Source of the DNA: Dicyema japonicum
Lineage: Eukaryota > Animalia > Dicyemida
Length of the DNA stretch: 64,000 nt
Reading direction: 5' to 3'
Assembly (NCBI GenBank): GCA_011109175.1
Contig: RDEW01000024.1
Location: 179,199 to 243,198, forward strand
The translations under genes and the position numbers were made by a program. The first letter of the stretch is position 1. Each line of letters begins with the position of its first letter. Below, piece after piece: positions 50,300 to 62,408 of this stretch. The notes beneath the pieces were generated by a model. The model had not been told where the DNA came from and did no database searches. It worked only from the letters and a program-made list of their open reading frames with translations.

Positions 50300-52878
50300 T
50301 TGAAGTGGTTACTCTTCTTGATTAGTCTTTGTCATTTTAAGCGGAAAAACTTAATAATTATAAAGATTGGCTAACGCAAACAATAGTAAATCAAAGTCAA
50401 ATGGTTTAGTATACCATTTCTTTAAAAAAACCAATTTCGACGAAACACTAAAAATCCTTCAGATCTGTTGTCATCAGGAGTAGCTTTCATCCAAAAAACA
50501 GATTATCTGTAGATGTTTTTTTTTGCTAGGATCATTTCCAAGTTAATCAAGATTAATAGGCTCAAAAAATTACCATGAATCATAGAACTTCTCAGTATTT
50601 GATAAATATCCCAAAAAGCGAGAAGAATTAGTTTACATTATCATTGTGTTACAGATCACTACGAAGACTCTATAAATAAGCTATGCATATCTGAAATCTC
50701 TAAAATTGTAGACTTATAAACAAACAGTAAAAATCAGAATTCCAATAACCACGTGAGGAAATTCGGTAACAAATTTTAGTATGTTAAGTGTAAAATCCTG
50801 ATTTTGTACTGAGAAACTACTCTACTTCCAGAACAAGTCATTTTCACAAACATTGACAAATTTGCACGTGTATCCCTCCCGGTTAATCCAGAATGTGTTT
50901 TCAATGTTCTCAGATGACTCTCTAAGAGTTCAGAAAAGTCTCTGTACGGTGATCGTGGCTCTCTAGTGTTGTCACATGTCCAACATAGTGCACTACATTA
51001 GGCATATTGATAAGGTATTGGATTAGTTACTGTATTTTCTTCAGTGTTGTCTGAGTTGTGAGATTGATGTGGACTCATTTAAGGTTCTAAGGGAGTGTTT
51101 ATCAGTGGAATGAGACTGGTAGGAGTGCATTATGGCCTTTTTTCAATGGGATCTGCTGTGCTCTCTTGGATTACATGTGTTACTCTGAGGCTGATTTGAA
51201 AGTATTCTGGTTGGTTGAGTTTTTTATATTATCATTTATTTTGCATATTTCCTATTAAATAATTTGTGTCTTCAATTTGAAAGTTTGGCAGCATTTAATT
51301 TTGTTTTATCGCTCTATGTAGTACATTATTATAATTAATAAGCAAAAGAATTATAAAATTTAATAAAAGTAATTCTAATAGGAATATATAAGCTTTCTGG
51401 TATATTGGAGTTTTTATGTCCAATTTGTTGTGAGTTACTGGTATTTGAGTTATTACATAGCTGACTACATTTTATTTTTAGTGCTTTCTTGTGGCTTAAA
51501 TATCTTCAATTTAATTGTTTGATATATGTAGCAAATCTGAGAATATTTTGAGTTGCTTATTCGTTACGCTTATCAAAGGGTTTTCTCCACTATTTGAATT
51601 TTGTCGGTTTATATTGCAATTTATCTACCTTTGTTGTACACTCCGTATTATTGGTTGTAGATATAATTATATGCGTTTTTTATTATTCTTCATTTTGCTG
51701 CTTATTACTTAAACATATAAAAATAATAATTAAAGACTTGATTATTATTGTAGAATGCAGTACGGGACGATGACGACAAATTAGCTCAAAAGTTTGGCTA
51801 CTTGAGTGATGAGGATAATTATTAAAATGTGTTTTATGACGACGAAACTGACTGGACTATAAGTTCACCTAAACTGCATTTCACAGAAAGAGATGTATCA
51901 CGATCACTGAATTGCATTTCTTCGGTATTCCCTTGACAATGACTACCAATAATCCTCTCCAAAATACAACTCAGCAATCGAGCAATAAATTCACCCACCA
52001 AGAAGCCGCTATTTTGGCAAATGGCGAAATTTCTGAGAGTTAACCATTTTATAATTTCAAGGTTCATCTGACAGCATTATTGGTCACTTACCAATAATTG
52101 TACCTTATCTGTTAAACTGTTATACGCACGACATCTCAACAGTCTGCTAAATCTCTTGCTGGACTATCAGACGTTACGTTTCATCGATTTTCTTAATACT
52201 TAGCCTCTTCAATCGAACAGGTCTTTTATTTTTAAAATTCAGACACTGTCAAATATTCTCGACTCGCACTATCGTGTGCAGTTTGATGCCTGTTCTCTCT
52301 TTGCTATTATCGTGGAGAATGATGGCAGATAAATATCGCATTTTATTGAGAGAGTAATGTATGTTTGTTGTGTGGCTTTACAGCAGTATAAGGTCTCCCG
52401 TTTAATTACTTCAGAAAAAAAGTATTGTCCACCTTTATGATGTCATCATTGTGCTCTTTGACGTCATTGGGTGTACAATTAGAAAGCAGGTAGATTATGT
52501 CTGTAGCTAGGTTTATGTTGACACCTTAATTCCACTGTTGCTTACTAGATTTAACTCGAGCCTTAGGGACATATAGTTGATTTTGTTTTGACGTTTATGG
52601 GTTTGTTAGCTTGTAGATTGACACTAGAGTTCTTAGTTGAGTTGGATCTCTAGCAGAGACGTTCTGCGGCTCAGTCATCCTAACTGTTTATCAAACACTG
52701 CTATCTAGAATGGAGGTTTGAGGATTTCTAAGTGTTCGGTGTATTCTGCTGAAGGAAAGGTTAACTGGCAATTACTATGCAATGCAATGAACCTCATAAC
52801 TATTTCTGTTTCATCCATGAGGGCTCCGTGTGAGTGGTTTGCCGATTCTTCTGTCCTAAACCTCATTTTCAACTACCT
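50300..52878 (+). pseudogene. TNPO1: Transportin-1 pseudogene, longer copy (third partial copy ~61420-61665)
   Basis: Duplicate of 42690-44875 that retains the acidic loop (DDETDWTI, cf. DDTISDWNLRK); in-frame stops; ~550-bp AT-rich insert at ~51190-51740. Start coordinate approximate. Confidence 0.78.
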
Positions 52879-52899
52879 GAATTTCCAACAGTTTTTATT

Positions 52900-55800
52900 T
52901 TATTTTTTTATAAAATAATTTTTTAACAATTAAACTAATATCAGTTGAGGAAGCCTGCTGCGTGGATTGCGAACGAGTTCCGTTTGATATTCCAATCTTT
53001 TGTCTTAGCCATAACCCTTCTCGTTGATCCCTTTTTTTTCTGGCAAGCAATCGTCCGAGTTCTCGCAAGAACTCAGCCGTCATTGGACCATCGGCTCCCT
53101 ATTATTCGGTCGCAACAGGAGTAAATCGGTAGCGATGCCCGAGGCAAGAATATTTCTTGTTTTTTAGGTTCTCCGCAGTCGAAGCAGCTGCTCCAGGTGT
53201 CTGAACCGATTTGAAAATATTCGTGCTTAAGAACGTGTCTATACAAGTTGCGTCCCAGACCAAAGATCTTCCAGACGTGAAGAAGAAATGGGTCATCCCG
53301 TCAGGTCTCTTCCCATGTTGTCGATCAAGACCCACTTGTTCAAACTGTTCTGGGAAGCCTGTAGCCTTCAGAGCTCTGACGATCACATTGTTCAGAGCAG
53401 CATGACGTGGTCCCCTTTCGGCGCTTCTTCTGCAGGACAGCGGGTACAATCCTTTCACATCGACTGTTTACCCGCATCGGCATCGGTGCTTCTGGCAAAC
53501 GTCTAGTCCCAGCCTTTGTCCATTACAATCCTCAAAGAATCGTCGTCCAAAAAGGTCTCGATGTTTGGGCAAGGTGTTGCACCAAGCCATGATCCACTCC
53601 CTCTACTTGAAGCTGACACCAAACAAGCCAGACGATGTTGATTTGCTTTTTTTAAGGTCTTCCAAAATTTTGGAGCAGACGATGTTATCCCAATTACTTT
53701 GCTTTGTTCTGTCTTCAGAGATTTTGAGTCCGGACTCGTTCCATTTCCGACAAGTTCGTCAAATGACTCATTCCAGCGAAGTCCAATAGTGTTATGAAGG
53801 ACTTGCCGTGTCAAATGGCTGCAGCTTGAGAGAGGCGATAGATATGCCGGGTATGCAATTGCCAGCGCCGATGTTACCGACACCCCCAATCCAGAGGGAA
53901 GCTTACATTGTTTCCAACCAAGTTCGTCAAAGAGGACGTTAATTAGTGACTCAACAGCTTTGCTTGAGAGATTTGTCTATTGAAAGTAGAGTGTCGTATT
54001 GTTCGTAGCAGGTGAACATCGGAGTAGATATATAAGCTTGGGTAGTCCGATGTTGTTTCTCATCAGGAAAAAAGATGTGTGAGAGACGAGACATGACAAA
54101 CTTTTCGCAAGGCGTGTTAATTCTTTATTTTTGGAAAGTAAATGGTTCTTGAGTTCTTCGCTGAAAGGGTATCCGAGGAAATATAATTTATCAACTGGCA
54201 CAGTCGGGATCCCAGGAAGCAGTTCGTTAAAAGACTCCTTGATAGAGAGGAAGTCGGTGTATGGATATGAGACATTTATTAGCTCTGATTTGTTAACATT
54301 GATGGCCAAGCCCAAATGTTTTAAAGCGGGTAACGCTTTACGTAATGTATTGTATGTTTCGTTGAACGATCCTCTAATTGTGGCATCATCGAGGTACCAG
54401 AGATTTAGCTGAGCATCAATTGATCTCACAACCTCATCAATGGTCAGGTCAAATAAGAGAGGTCCTAGTGGATCTCTTTGTTGGACACCCGTTTTTGATT
54501 TAATAATTTCATTTTCAAAAACCAAAGACGTATCTTCCATAGGATAAATTGACAAGAGGGAAAAGCTTTGGAGCCCTCTTCCAACACGTTTTCATAATTT
54601 CATCTCTTCTGAGAGAATTGAAGGCATTCGTTATTTCCAACATGATTCCAATGCATTCATTTGAAATATTTTTATGTGTGAAGAAACGCCTTGCTGCATG
54701 AACCGCAGCCTCACATCCGTACTGGATACTAACACCAATTTGTTTAGGAAAGAACTCCTCTCCGAGTTGTCGGCTCACCAGGGTCGATGCTACTTTTGCT
54801 GCAAGTCTTCTAAAATAGTTCCCGACCGCAATGGGGCGGATTCCTCCGTTGGGTTTTTTGAAAGCAAGTAGCCTTGCAGAGAAGAGCAATTCTCTGGCAT
54901 ATTTTGGGATGTCGCCGTTAACCATTTTTCTGATTAGGTCCGTAATTGATTTGACAAGACACCGTCCAGCTTCCGAGGTGTAAGTGGACGTAAGGTCCTT
55001 AATATGGCCAGGACGTAACCCTTCCAAGCCTCCACCGCTGCTAGCCGCGAAGGAAGTTATTCCGTGGCGCACTTCGGATTCAGTAATGATTATCTCCTGG
55101 GTTCCTTCAGGATTCAAAAACTTTTCATAGTCAGTCGGTGCATCTGGATGCTTTAGTATTAAGGTATTTAGGACCTCGGGGTACAAGACAATACTGTGTC
55201 ATCGGAAGTGATAACCCGTAAGGTGCCCGCACGTCGCCTTCCAGAAGTTTCCGGTTTACTCTCTCCTTTAGTTTGTTGGGGGCATCTTTGATGAATGCTC
55301 CTCTGGTTTCGACCTCATTGACATTAAGTGGATGTTCAAGTATTGCGTGTATGTTATGACAGCTAAAATTCATTATGTTTCGTTTCAGTTTCCCGGATAA
55401 GTTGAGTCGGGATTTGTTTCTTTATTATTGTCCTCAGATTCCTTTGTAGGTATTCCGAGTGCGACAGGTGTAAAGCATATAAGTTTTAGCCAGGATTCCC
55501 AACTGTCAGAGAAGTGCGTGATCAATGGCATCTGAAAGACACGTTGCTGCGGCAATTCGTACTCCTTTAGGGATTTTTACTGGATCTCATGGCTTTCCTG
55601 AGGTTCGAGATCTTCAAGAGAGTATGGTCTGTATGTGGCAGTGTAAAGTTTGACTGAGTTATTTTTTCCCGCCTTGGGGCCTCCATTCCAATACAAGAGG
55701 GGCACAGCCAACTCGACAGCGTCTCGGCACAAGCTTTACTCATTTTATGCAACCCAAATGGGCGAATGATTCACATTGTGTGCAGTTAATCCCATATTTC

Positions 55801-56030
55801 CTGATGTTCGATTGTCCACATAAAAAAACATACCTGATTTGTCCGTACTGGATTTGTTCCTCGTACTTTGTCTTCTTTTCGTTCTTTATTTTCCATGAGA
55901 TTTTTGTTGATCAACCACACCACTTAATTATTTAAATAAATACGTTTGTATCTCATTTCCTCGAGCCGGTAAATAACTTTCACAAACAATCCTCTCTGAG
56001 CATAATAAGGTTCATACATAAAGAAAGTCA
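52900..56030 (-). mobile_element. Near full-length CRE-like non-LTR retrotransposon (PHD-RT-RLE single ORF, frameshifted)
   Basis: ATG at 55896; GIRPIAVG, QIGV, GCEAAVHA, NAFNSL, GVQQ.DPLGPLLF, WYLDD (RT); RH, RPDG, WDATC, KKY (RLE); A-rich tail. 5' boundary approximate. Confidence 0.92.
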
Positions 56031-56753
56031 CTTTTATTTTTAATAATTTCAATAAACGTGATAATTTTATTTAAATAAAAAAATATTAAATTAATTTTTT
56101 TGTATTCGATGTACTTCATTTTACACTTTCTTAACTTAATCAAAAATATGAAGGACTATAAGTATTTATTAAAATAAAATAAATAAATAAATAAGTATTT
56201 GTTAAATTATTGCATTGTCTATATAAAACTTAATGTTCAATTCTGATATGATTATTATGCATTTTGGTAGTCACAATGTTTTTTGACAAATTTGAAACAT
56301 AATAAAACTGAAAGCCATAATAGTTTATTTTCTGAATTACATATATTTTAAACACAGAATTTCATAGAATTCTTTTGATGGCAATTATAAATATGTCGGC
56401 GATTGGAAGTCGTGTATATTTATAAATAATATGCTGCACACAATTCGATAATTAATAAACTCTAATATATAATCGGACGCTAAAATTGTGTTTTTTCCTA
56501 TAAACAAGTTCAATTAACAATCGAACACTGCTACTGAAATTTGTCTTATGATATCGTTCTCAAAAATTGTTTATTCACATTTACGAGTAATTTCAATTCC
56601 TTCATACGATTTTCAAAAAACGGAATCATTTTTTATGAGTTTATTTTTTGAAACACCTTTATTTTTAATAACTTCAATAAACGTGATAATTTTATTTAAA
56701 TAAAAAAATATTAAATTAATTTTTTTTGTATTCGATGTACTTCATTTTACACT
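56031..56753. repeat. ~97-bp direct repeats (56031-56127 and 56657-56753)
   Basis: TTCAATAAACGTGATAATTTTATTTAAATAAAAAAATATTAAATTAATTTTTT..GTATTCGATGTACTTCATTTTACACT occurs twice. Confidence 0.85.
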
Positions 56754-57609
56754 ATCTCGTGTAATTTGGTCGCAAAGCTTATTAACTTTACTTATTTCTC
56801 AAATAAGGTCGCAAAGCAGAGGGAGATGGAGACGCCTAGTGAAGCAGATTTTGAAATGTGTGGCACAAACGGGACCTTAGTTAAAAAAATGTTCTTTAAT
56901 TCTGTGAACCATGGTAGTTCTAATAGTCAAGTTGAGTATGAGACAATCATTATTTTTATTTTATAAGTTTCATTCGTATATTTAGATGTTTTTAAAGCAC
57001 GAAATAATGCGGATTTTTGTGACAATTAGTTCCAATATTTTGACCTATTAAAGTTTAAATTTAGGAAACTAATGAGTTCTGTCTACAGTGGTTTCCGTCT
57101 CGGAAAATCATTGAAATACTCATTTTAGTTAATCTCTTGAGTTAGTGTAGTGATGATATGTCATAGTGCACAAGAAATACTGAACAGTTCAATAATATTT
57201 TTTGATCCATTTTTATTATTAAAAATGATAATCTCAATGATTATAAACTTTTATAATTTGTAATAAATTTTATATTTTTTATTTGAATATTTTTTTAGTT
57301 ATGCAATAATTTAACAATCAAAGTAATTCACTGACATAATTTAGTGCTGTTTCCCCTGACAACTGCCAAAAGTTTAGACACATTCCTTCTACTAGGAAGC
57401 AAACAATGGTTTTTTATGATCTCAAAGAAAAAGTCATAAACTTCCCCATGATTATAGAAAGATTAGTTTTTAATGGATTATCTAATCTTGATGATACCAA
57501 ATTTCTTTCGGATGACCAATAAGGTTATCATCGAAATAGAATCTTTGGACATTTTTTAATCCAAAAATAACAAAGAATTCCTTACGTCTGATATCAAATA
57601 CTTTTGATA

Positions 57610-58825
57610 GTGTTAAATATGTGGTTACTATGGTTTTTGGTGAGGTGGTGACGTGCATCGTTTCTTCTCTGTACAACGATTAAGAAAAATGTCTGAAAAA
57701 CACTCATTATACAATCGAGAACTAAGGCTAATGACGTTCTACGTACGTGGATTATCGAAAGATTGGACAAGGAAAGTACTTTGTGACGATCTCGAGAATA
57801 ACAAAATATCTATTGGCTGCCTTCAAGAGACGAAAATCGAAAATGGACGCGATGAGAAATGGAACAACTACCGACTGATTCTCTTCCAACTGAATGTAAG
57901 CCTATGGCATGAGATTTGTTCAACACGTGGATTACCTCAAAAATTACATTGCTATTGAAGAGTCAACGACCAATATGTGTTACAAGTCAAACTAAATGAA
58001 CTATTCCCGTCCAATAGTCTATTAACTGTCATAAATGTCTATGCACAACACTGTGGACGAGTAATAAAGAACCCCGGTGAGCTAAAAATTCTATTCAGAA
58101 CTATCAAGCACATACTTAATAATGCTTCATCGTCCCTTGTCTTTGTTACGGGAGATGTGAATGCAAAGGCAGGAATGCGAATGGCCGAAGAATCCTCTAT
58201 TGGAAGACACGGGCGCGGAAGGAGAAATGCATATGGAGCCTCTCTGGTGAACTTTGCGAGGCAAATAGCCTTTTTCCTGTGCAACACGGCCTTCACGCAC
58301 TCAGCTTGCCACAAAATGACGTGGCACGGACAAAGAAAAAACTCTGTCGGAGAGACCATGAATATATAATCAAATCGACTACATTATTTCCGAAAGTCTG
58401 ATAAACACCGGATAAATGATGCACGTTCCTACCAGAGAACAACAACTGACAGCGACCACAGATCGTCATTGCAAAAATTTTGTAAAAAAGCACCTGACTG
58501 GAAAAAAATACATTGAAAACGCGAAGAAGGCGAAAAAAGGCCCAATATATACTTTCATACAGAAAAATTGTGGTTAGAGCCCACTTGTAGAGCTAAATAT
58601 CACGAATAAATCGAGACTCTTATGGAGAAAACCGCACCGGAATCATCAGTATGAACTCTGTGGGATTAAACAAAGCAGGTAATGTCGTAGGTAATCTCCA
58701 ATCTCCAAGTAGGCCAATATATGCCTTAAAGTCCGAAATCATCACGCCCTAAAATTGGATCACCAACCGAACGTGCCATATATGGCAAAGCATTGAGAAA
58801 GCTACGACTAAAAGCGGCAAACACA
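57610..58825 (+). mobile_element. 5' part of RTE family 1 (duplicate of 45290-46345, longer)
   Basis: APE motifs including GRHGRGRRNAYG; 58540-58825 is the near reverse complement of ~17440-17690. Confidence 0.88.
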
Positions 58826-59204
58826 GAGAATCTCTGTTCTAGAGCGTATTCACATATTGTGAAAGAAGCGAATATTCTCTACTGTTGGACTTTCGCGTTC
58901 AATTATCTTAGCTACGCTGTGGTCATCACTTGAATTTTCATTCAAAAATATACAGGATTGGACAATCGACCTCTCCATTATGCACATCGTGACCAGAGGA
59001 CGGGTCATCGTTTCACTTGTCCAAGTTTATTAACTAATTCTTTACAAAAATTAAATTACCTCTAGGATGTTCTGAGCGTCCTTTCTTAGCAACAACTTTT
59101 TGATTATGACCTAATTCTATAAAATGATGATTTTATGTAAAGCAGAGAATAAAGAATGTTAGGGAATAATTCCAGATTATTATTAGCGTTAAAACATCTA
59201 TTAG

Positions 59205-60050
59205 TTAGTCACTAACTAAAGGTATGTCCGAACTTTCTTCTCTATAAGTATATTTGGCGTATAATATAACAAAAATACCAAAAATGCTCGATATAAAAAA
59301 TCCAGCAATAACAGGCGCAAATCGCCTCGAATTATCAGAAGATACTATTTCAGGCTTATTTTCAAAATGTTTAATTACTTTGGTAGTCTTTTTGTGGTTA
59401 TTCTCAATTTTCACAGGCGTGATGATTTTGTGTTTATTCACTTTGGCAATCTTATTGTGATTACTCTTATGGTTCTCACGTGGACAGATGCATTTATTGC
59501 CTAGTATTAATTTGAACTATACCATTCCCGGTAAAATTCTGAATTTTCGAATCTCTTGAAAATTGAAATTTAAACTCGCTAATTTTGAGAAAAAAGGGCT
59601 CTTTTATAATGCTTAATTCTTTGCATGTACAATATCCACCAAGTTTGTGAGTGATGTGAACCTTTCGCATGATATGTTCGACTAAATAAAAATAAATAAC
59701 TACAAGGAAGATCACTAACTGAAATTTCAAACAGTGTAGCTCTAACGCGATTAACATGTGCTTTAATAGTTAACATATAATTATTCTTTCTCAGATGTAC
59801 AATAGTAATATTATTTCTTGAAACAATCGACCCAGGTTCGTTGAATAATACATGTTTTTGCTAAAATTATATTTTACATACTTTTTTACCATCATGATGG
59901 CCTAACGTTATTTTACCGCTGAGAATTACTTTAATATAACCGTCGTTTGTTAAAACGAACTTGGGAGAAACTAATCTAACATTCAAGGCGAGTAAATTAA
60001 TGAAGATTACTAAATAAAAAAAATATTGTGATACTTATTAATTGGCCCAT
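59205..60050 (-). CDS. LAMP/CD68-like type I membrane protein, subfamily M copy 3
   Basis: Third paralog; THKLGGYCTCKEL...FFLKISEFKFQF; TM FAPVIAGFFISSIFGIFVILY; tail AKYTYREESSDIPLVSD*. Confidence 0.68.
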
Positions 60051-62274
60051 TTTTAGTTGATTTAACAAGTAATTATTTAGATTAATTTAATTTTTATTTA
60101 TAAAAAATATTATTATGAGTAATTTTATTAAATATTAATTGAGGATGTCTCAGATTATTATTGAGATCGTCTAAAAAGACGCCAAAATCGTCACTACTGA
60201 GTAAACTAAACTACCTCCCAATCTTGGAATATCTTATGGAACGCCACTGCGAGTTCCGTAGGATGGTACAGTCTCCTGACTATCCCCTTGTGCCGGACAT
60301 CAAACTATACTGGACGCCTGCCGGAGATTAAAAAAAACTCCATTGTGGAGAATAATCCAGGACTGCAAAATTAACCGACATAGAAGGAATGGTATGGACA
60401 CTGGGATCACGTAATTAGACGATAACTTTTGTCCTTTTCTCGTGTTTCCGGCGTTAAAAAATTAAGGATATTAAAACTTGAAGCTCTATGCATGTAATTA
60501 AGTTTAGTGAATGAATAAAGTTTAATTTTGTTATGACTGAAAAAAATATCTAGCGAGATCAAATGTGTGAAGTACATTTGTTTGGATAGTAAGTTAAAGT
60601 TGGATTTGTTTGTTACAAATATGCAGTTTTATTCATGAGTTTGTGACCCACAAGAAAACCAAATGTAATAGTAAAATGAATGATTTTTTAATTCAGTCCC
60701 CAACTAATAGTAGCTCGCTATCAAAGGAGATGCAAGTTTACTGTCATCGATATCTACGGGTATTGGTAAACATATCAAGTAAGTTCTAAATAACATAAAA
60801 GAAATAGTAAAAAAGGTTTTGAAATGCTTAAAAAAATTAAATGCCACAACTTGTTCATCGAATTATGTCACTACAATGACTATATTGAATTGTGGATATA
60901 GTAGAACACTGTATATAGAGAAACTGATAGCTCGTCTGAAGATTGCTAGATAACCTACAAATTGAGTTCAAATTGACCTGCAAAAAGAATAGATTCAAAA
61001 AATTTGATTGGGGAGAACTGAGCTCAGTCTTTTCAAGATGTCACTGGAATTTAGGCGTATCTGGAAAGAAGGCTTGTTTTAAGAACACCTGGAATTCTAT
61101 GGACCAAATCACTAAAAAGGTCATAAGGCCACCATCATGGAGTTCTTTCATAACATGGAATACTCCCAGATGAAGATCTTAACAAGTTTTAAATGCACCA
61201 GATTAACTATCTCATGTCAAAGATTAAAAATAACATTTTCTCAGTGCTATTTAAATTGACGGAAAAGAATTAGGGAGGCGTCGTCAACTTGGCTTTGAAT
61301 GGAACATCTCTCCCAATCTAAGAATAAAATCTAATCTGAGATCCTAGCGAATACGACTATCCATACTGATATTAAAGTACGATATAAAAAACGGATAAAG
61401 GTGAATGAACTATAGCTCGTTGAAGTGGGGGTTACTCTTCTGGATTAGTCAATGCCATTTGAAGAGGAAAAAACTTAATAAATATGAATAATTGGCTTGA
61501 AACAATTAGCAAATGAAGGTCAAATTGTTTAGTATCCAATTCTTAAAAAACACAAAATTCAATGAAAGACTAAAACCTCATTCAGTTCGATGTCATCAGT
61601 AGTAACGTTCATCCAGAAGACCTGATTCTCTGTAGATGCTTTTTTCCTAGGATCATACTCCAAGTTGCGCAATCGTTATTGACGGTCTGCTTAATTTACG
61701 GTGAGTTAGAGCTTCTATATTTTCTAAAGAGCGTTTTCACTTTTTAGCAAAAGAAGTACACGTGGTTCACGTCTTATCTGCTTTGTACATCAGTTGAATT
61801 TTAACAAGTCATGAGATCCGTCTATCACATTAGACAACAGTGTCTGGACAGCATTCAACAGAATCTCAACTTTTTTTTAATTGGAAAGGTTCCCATAATA
61901 GTGGATATAAATAAACGTGATACTTGGTTAGGATGTGTCTAATTTCGACTGCGAAAAACTAGATTTACCTTAGATAAACGTTAATTATCTCTTAACCTTT
62001 TTCTAATATATCGGGGGTTATTAATCAGTTAATTAGTTAAATGCAATCTCCCGTTACCCATAAGCACATGAATATGTAAGGCTCGTGCCGCGCTCTTCAC
62101 AATCCGTTCAACCTGTTTTCTCCATGTAGCTTTCCTTCTCGATCCATGTATTAGTGTTCGAAGCGCGTCCTCAGACTTTAAGGTTGCAATTGTAAAAGGG
62201 GTAGAATAGACAGACTGAGAAACCTATAAGACATTATTAGAGAGCAGACAGCCCAACATGGGGGTTATTTTTTT

Positions 62275-62408
62275 ATTTTTTTAACCCAAGAACACCAATA
62301 GTTAATTTAATTGTATTAAACTAATTAGGTGATCCCGGCCGCCTCCATCAGGTCTCTCATCTTTTTCCGGTGGACCTTCCGAGATCCAACACAGCTTCTC
62401 TGAGGGTT
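62275..62408 (-). mobile_element. Short Jockey/I-like LINE 3' end
   Basis: TTAACCCAAGAACACCAATAGTTAATTTAATT is identical to the terminus at ~35300. Confidence 0.75.

Larger units (their letters stand above)
33235..61665. repeat. Tandem segmental triplication, ~11-kb period
   Basis: 36860-37900 ~ 48020-49070 ~ 59060-60115; 42690-44890 ~ 50565-52890; 44895-46345 ~ 57210-58687; 49070-50545 ~ 60115-61665; 33235-33597 ~ 47140-47520. Confidence 0.92.

Noticed and set aside
56031-56753. LTR/TRIM element
   Set aside because: The direct repeats lack TG...CA termini, PBS, PPT and TSD.
37837-60050. Functional meaning of the near-equal 11-kb spacing
   Set aside because: Units contain different insertions and deletions, so the similar net length is probably coincidental.
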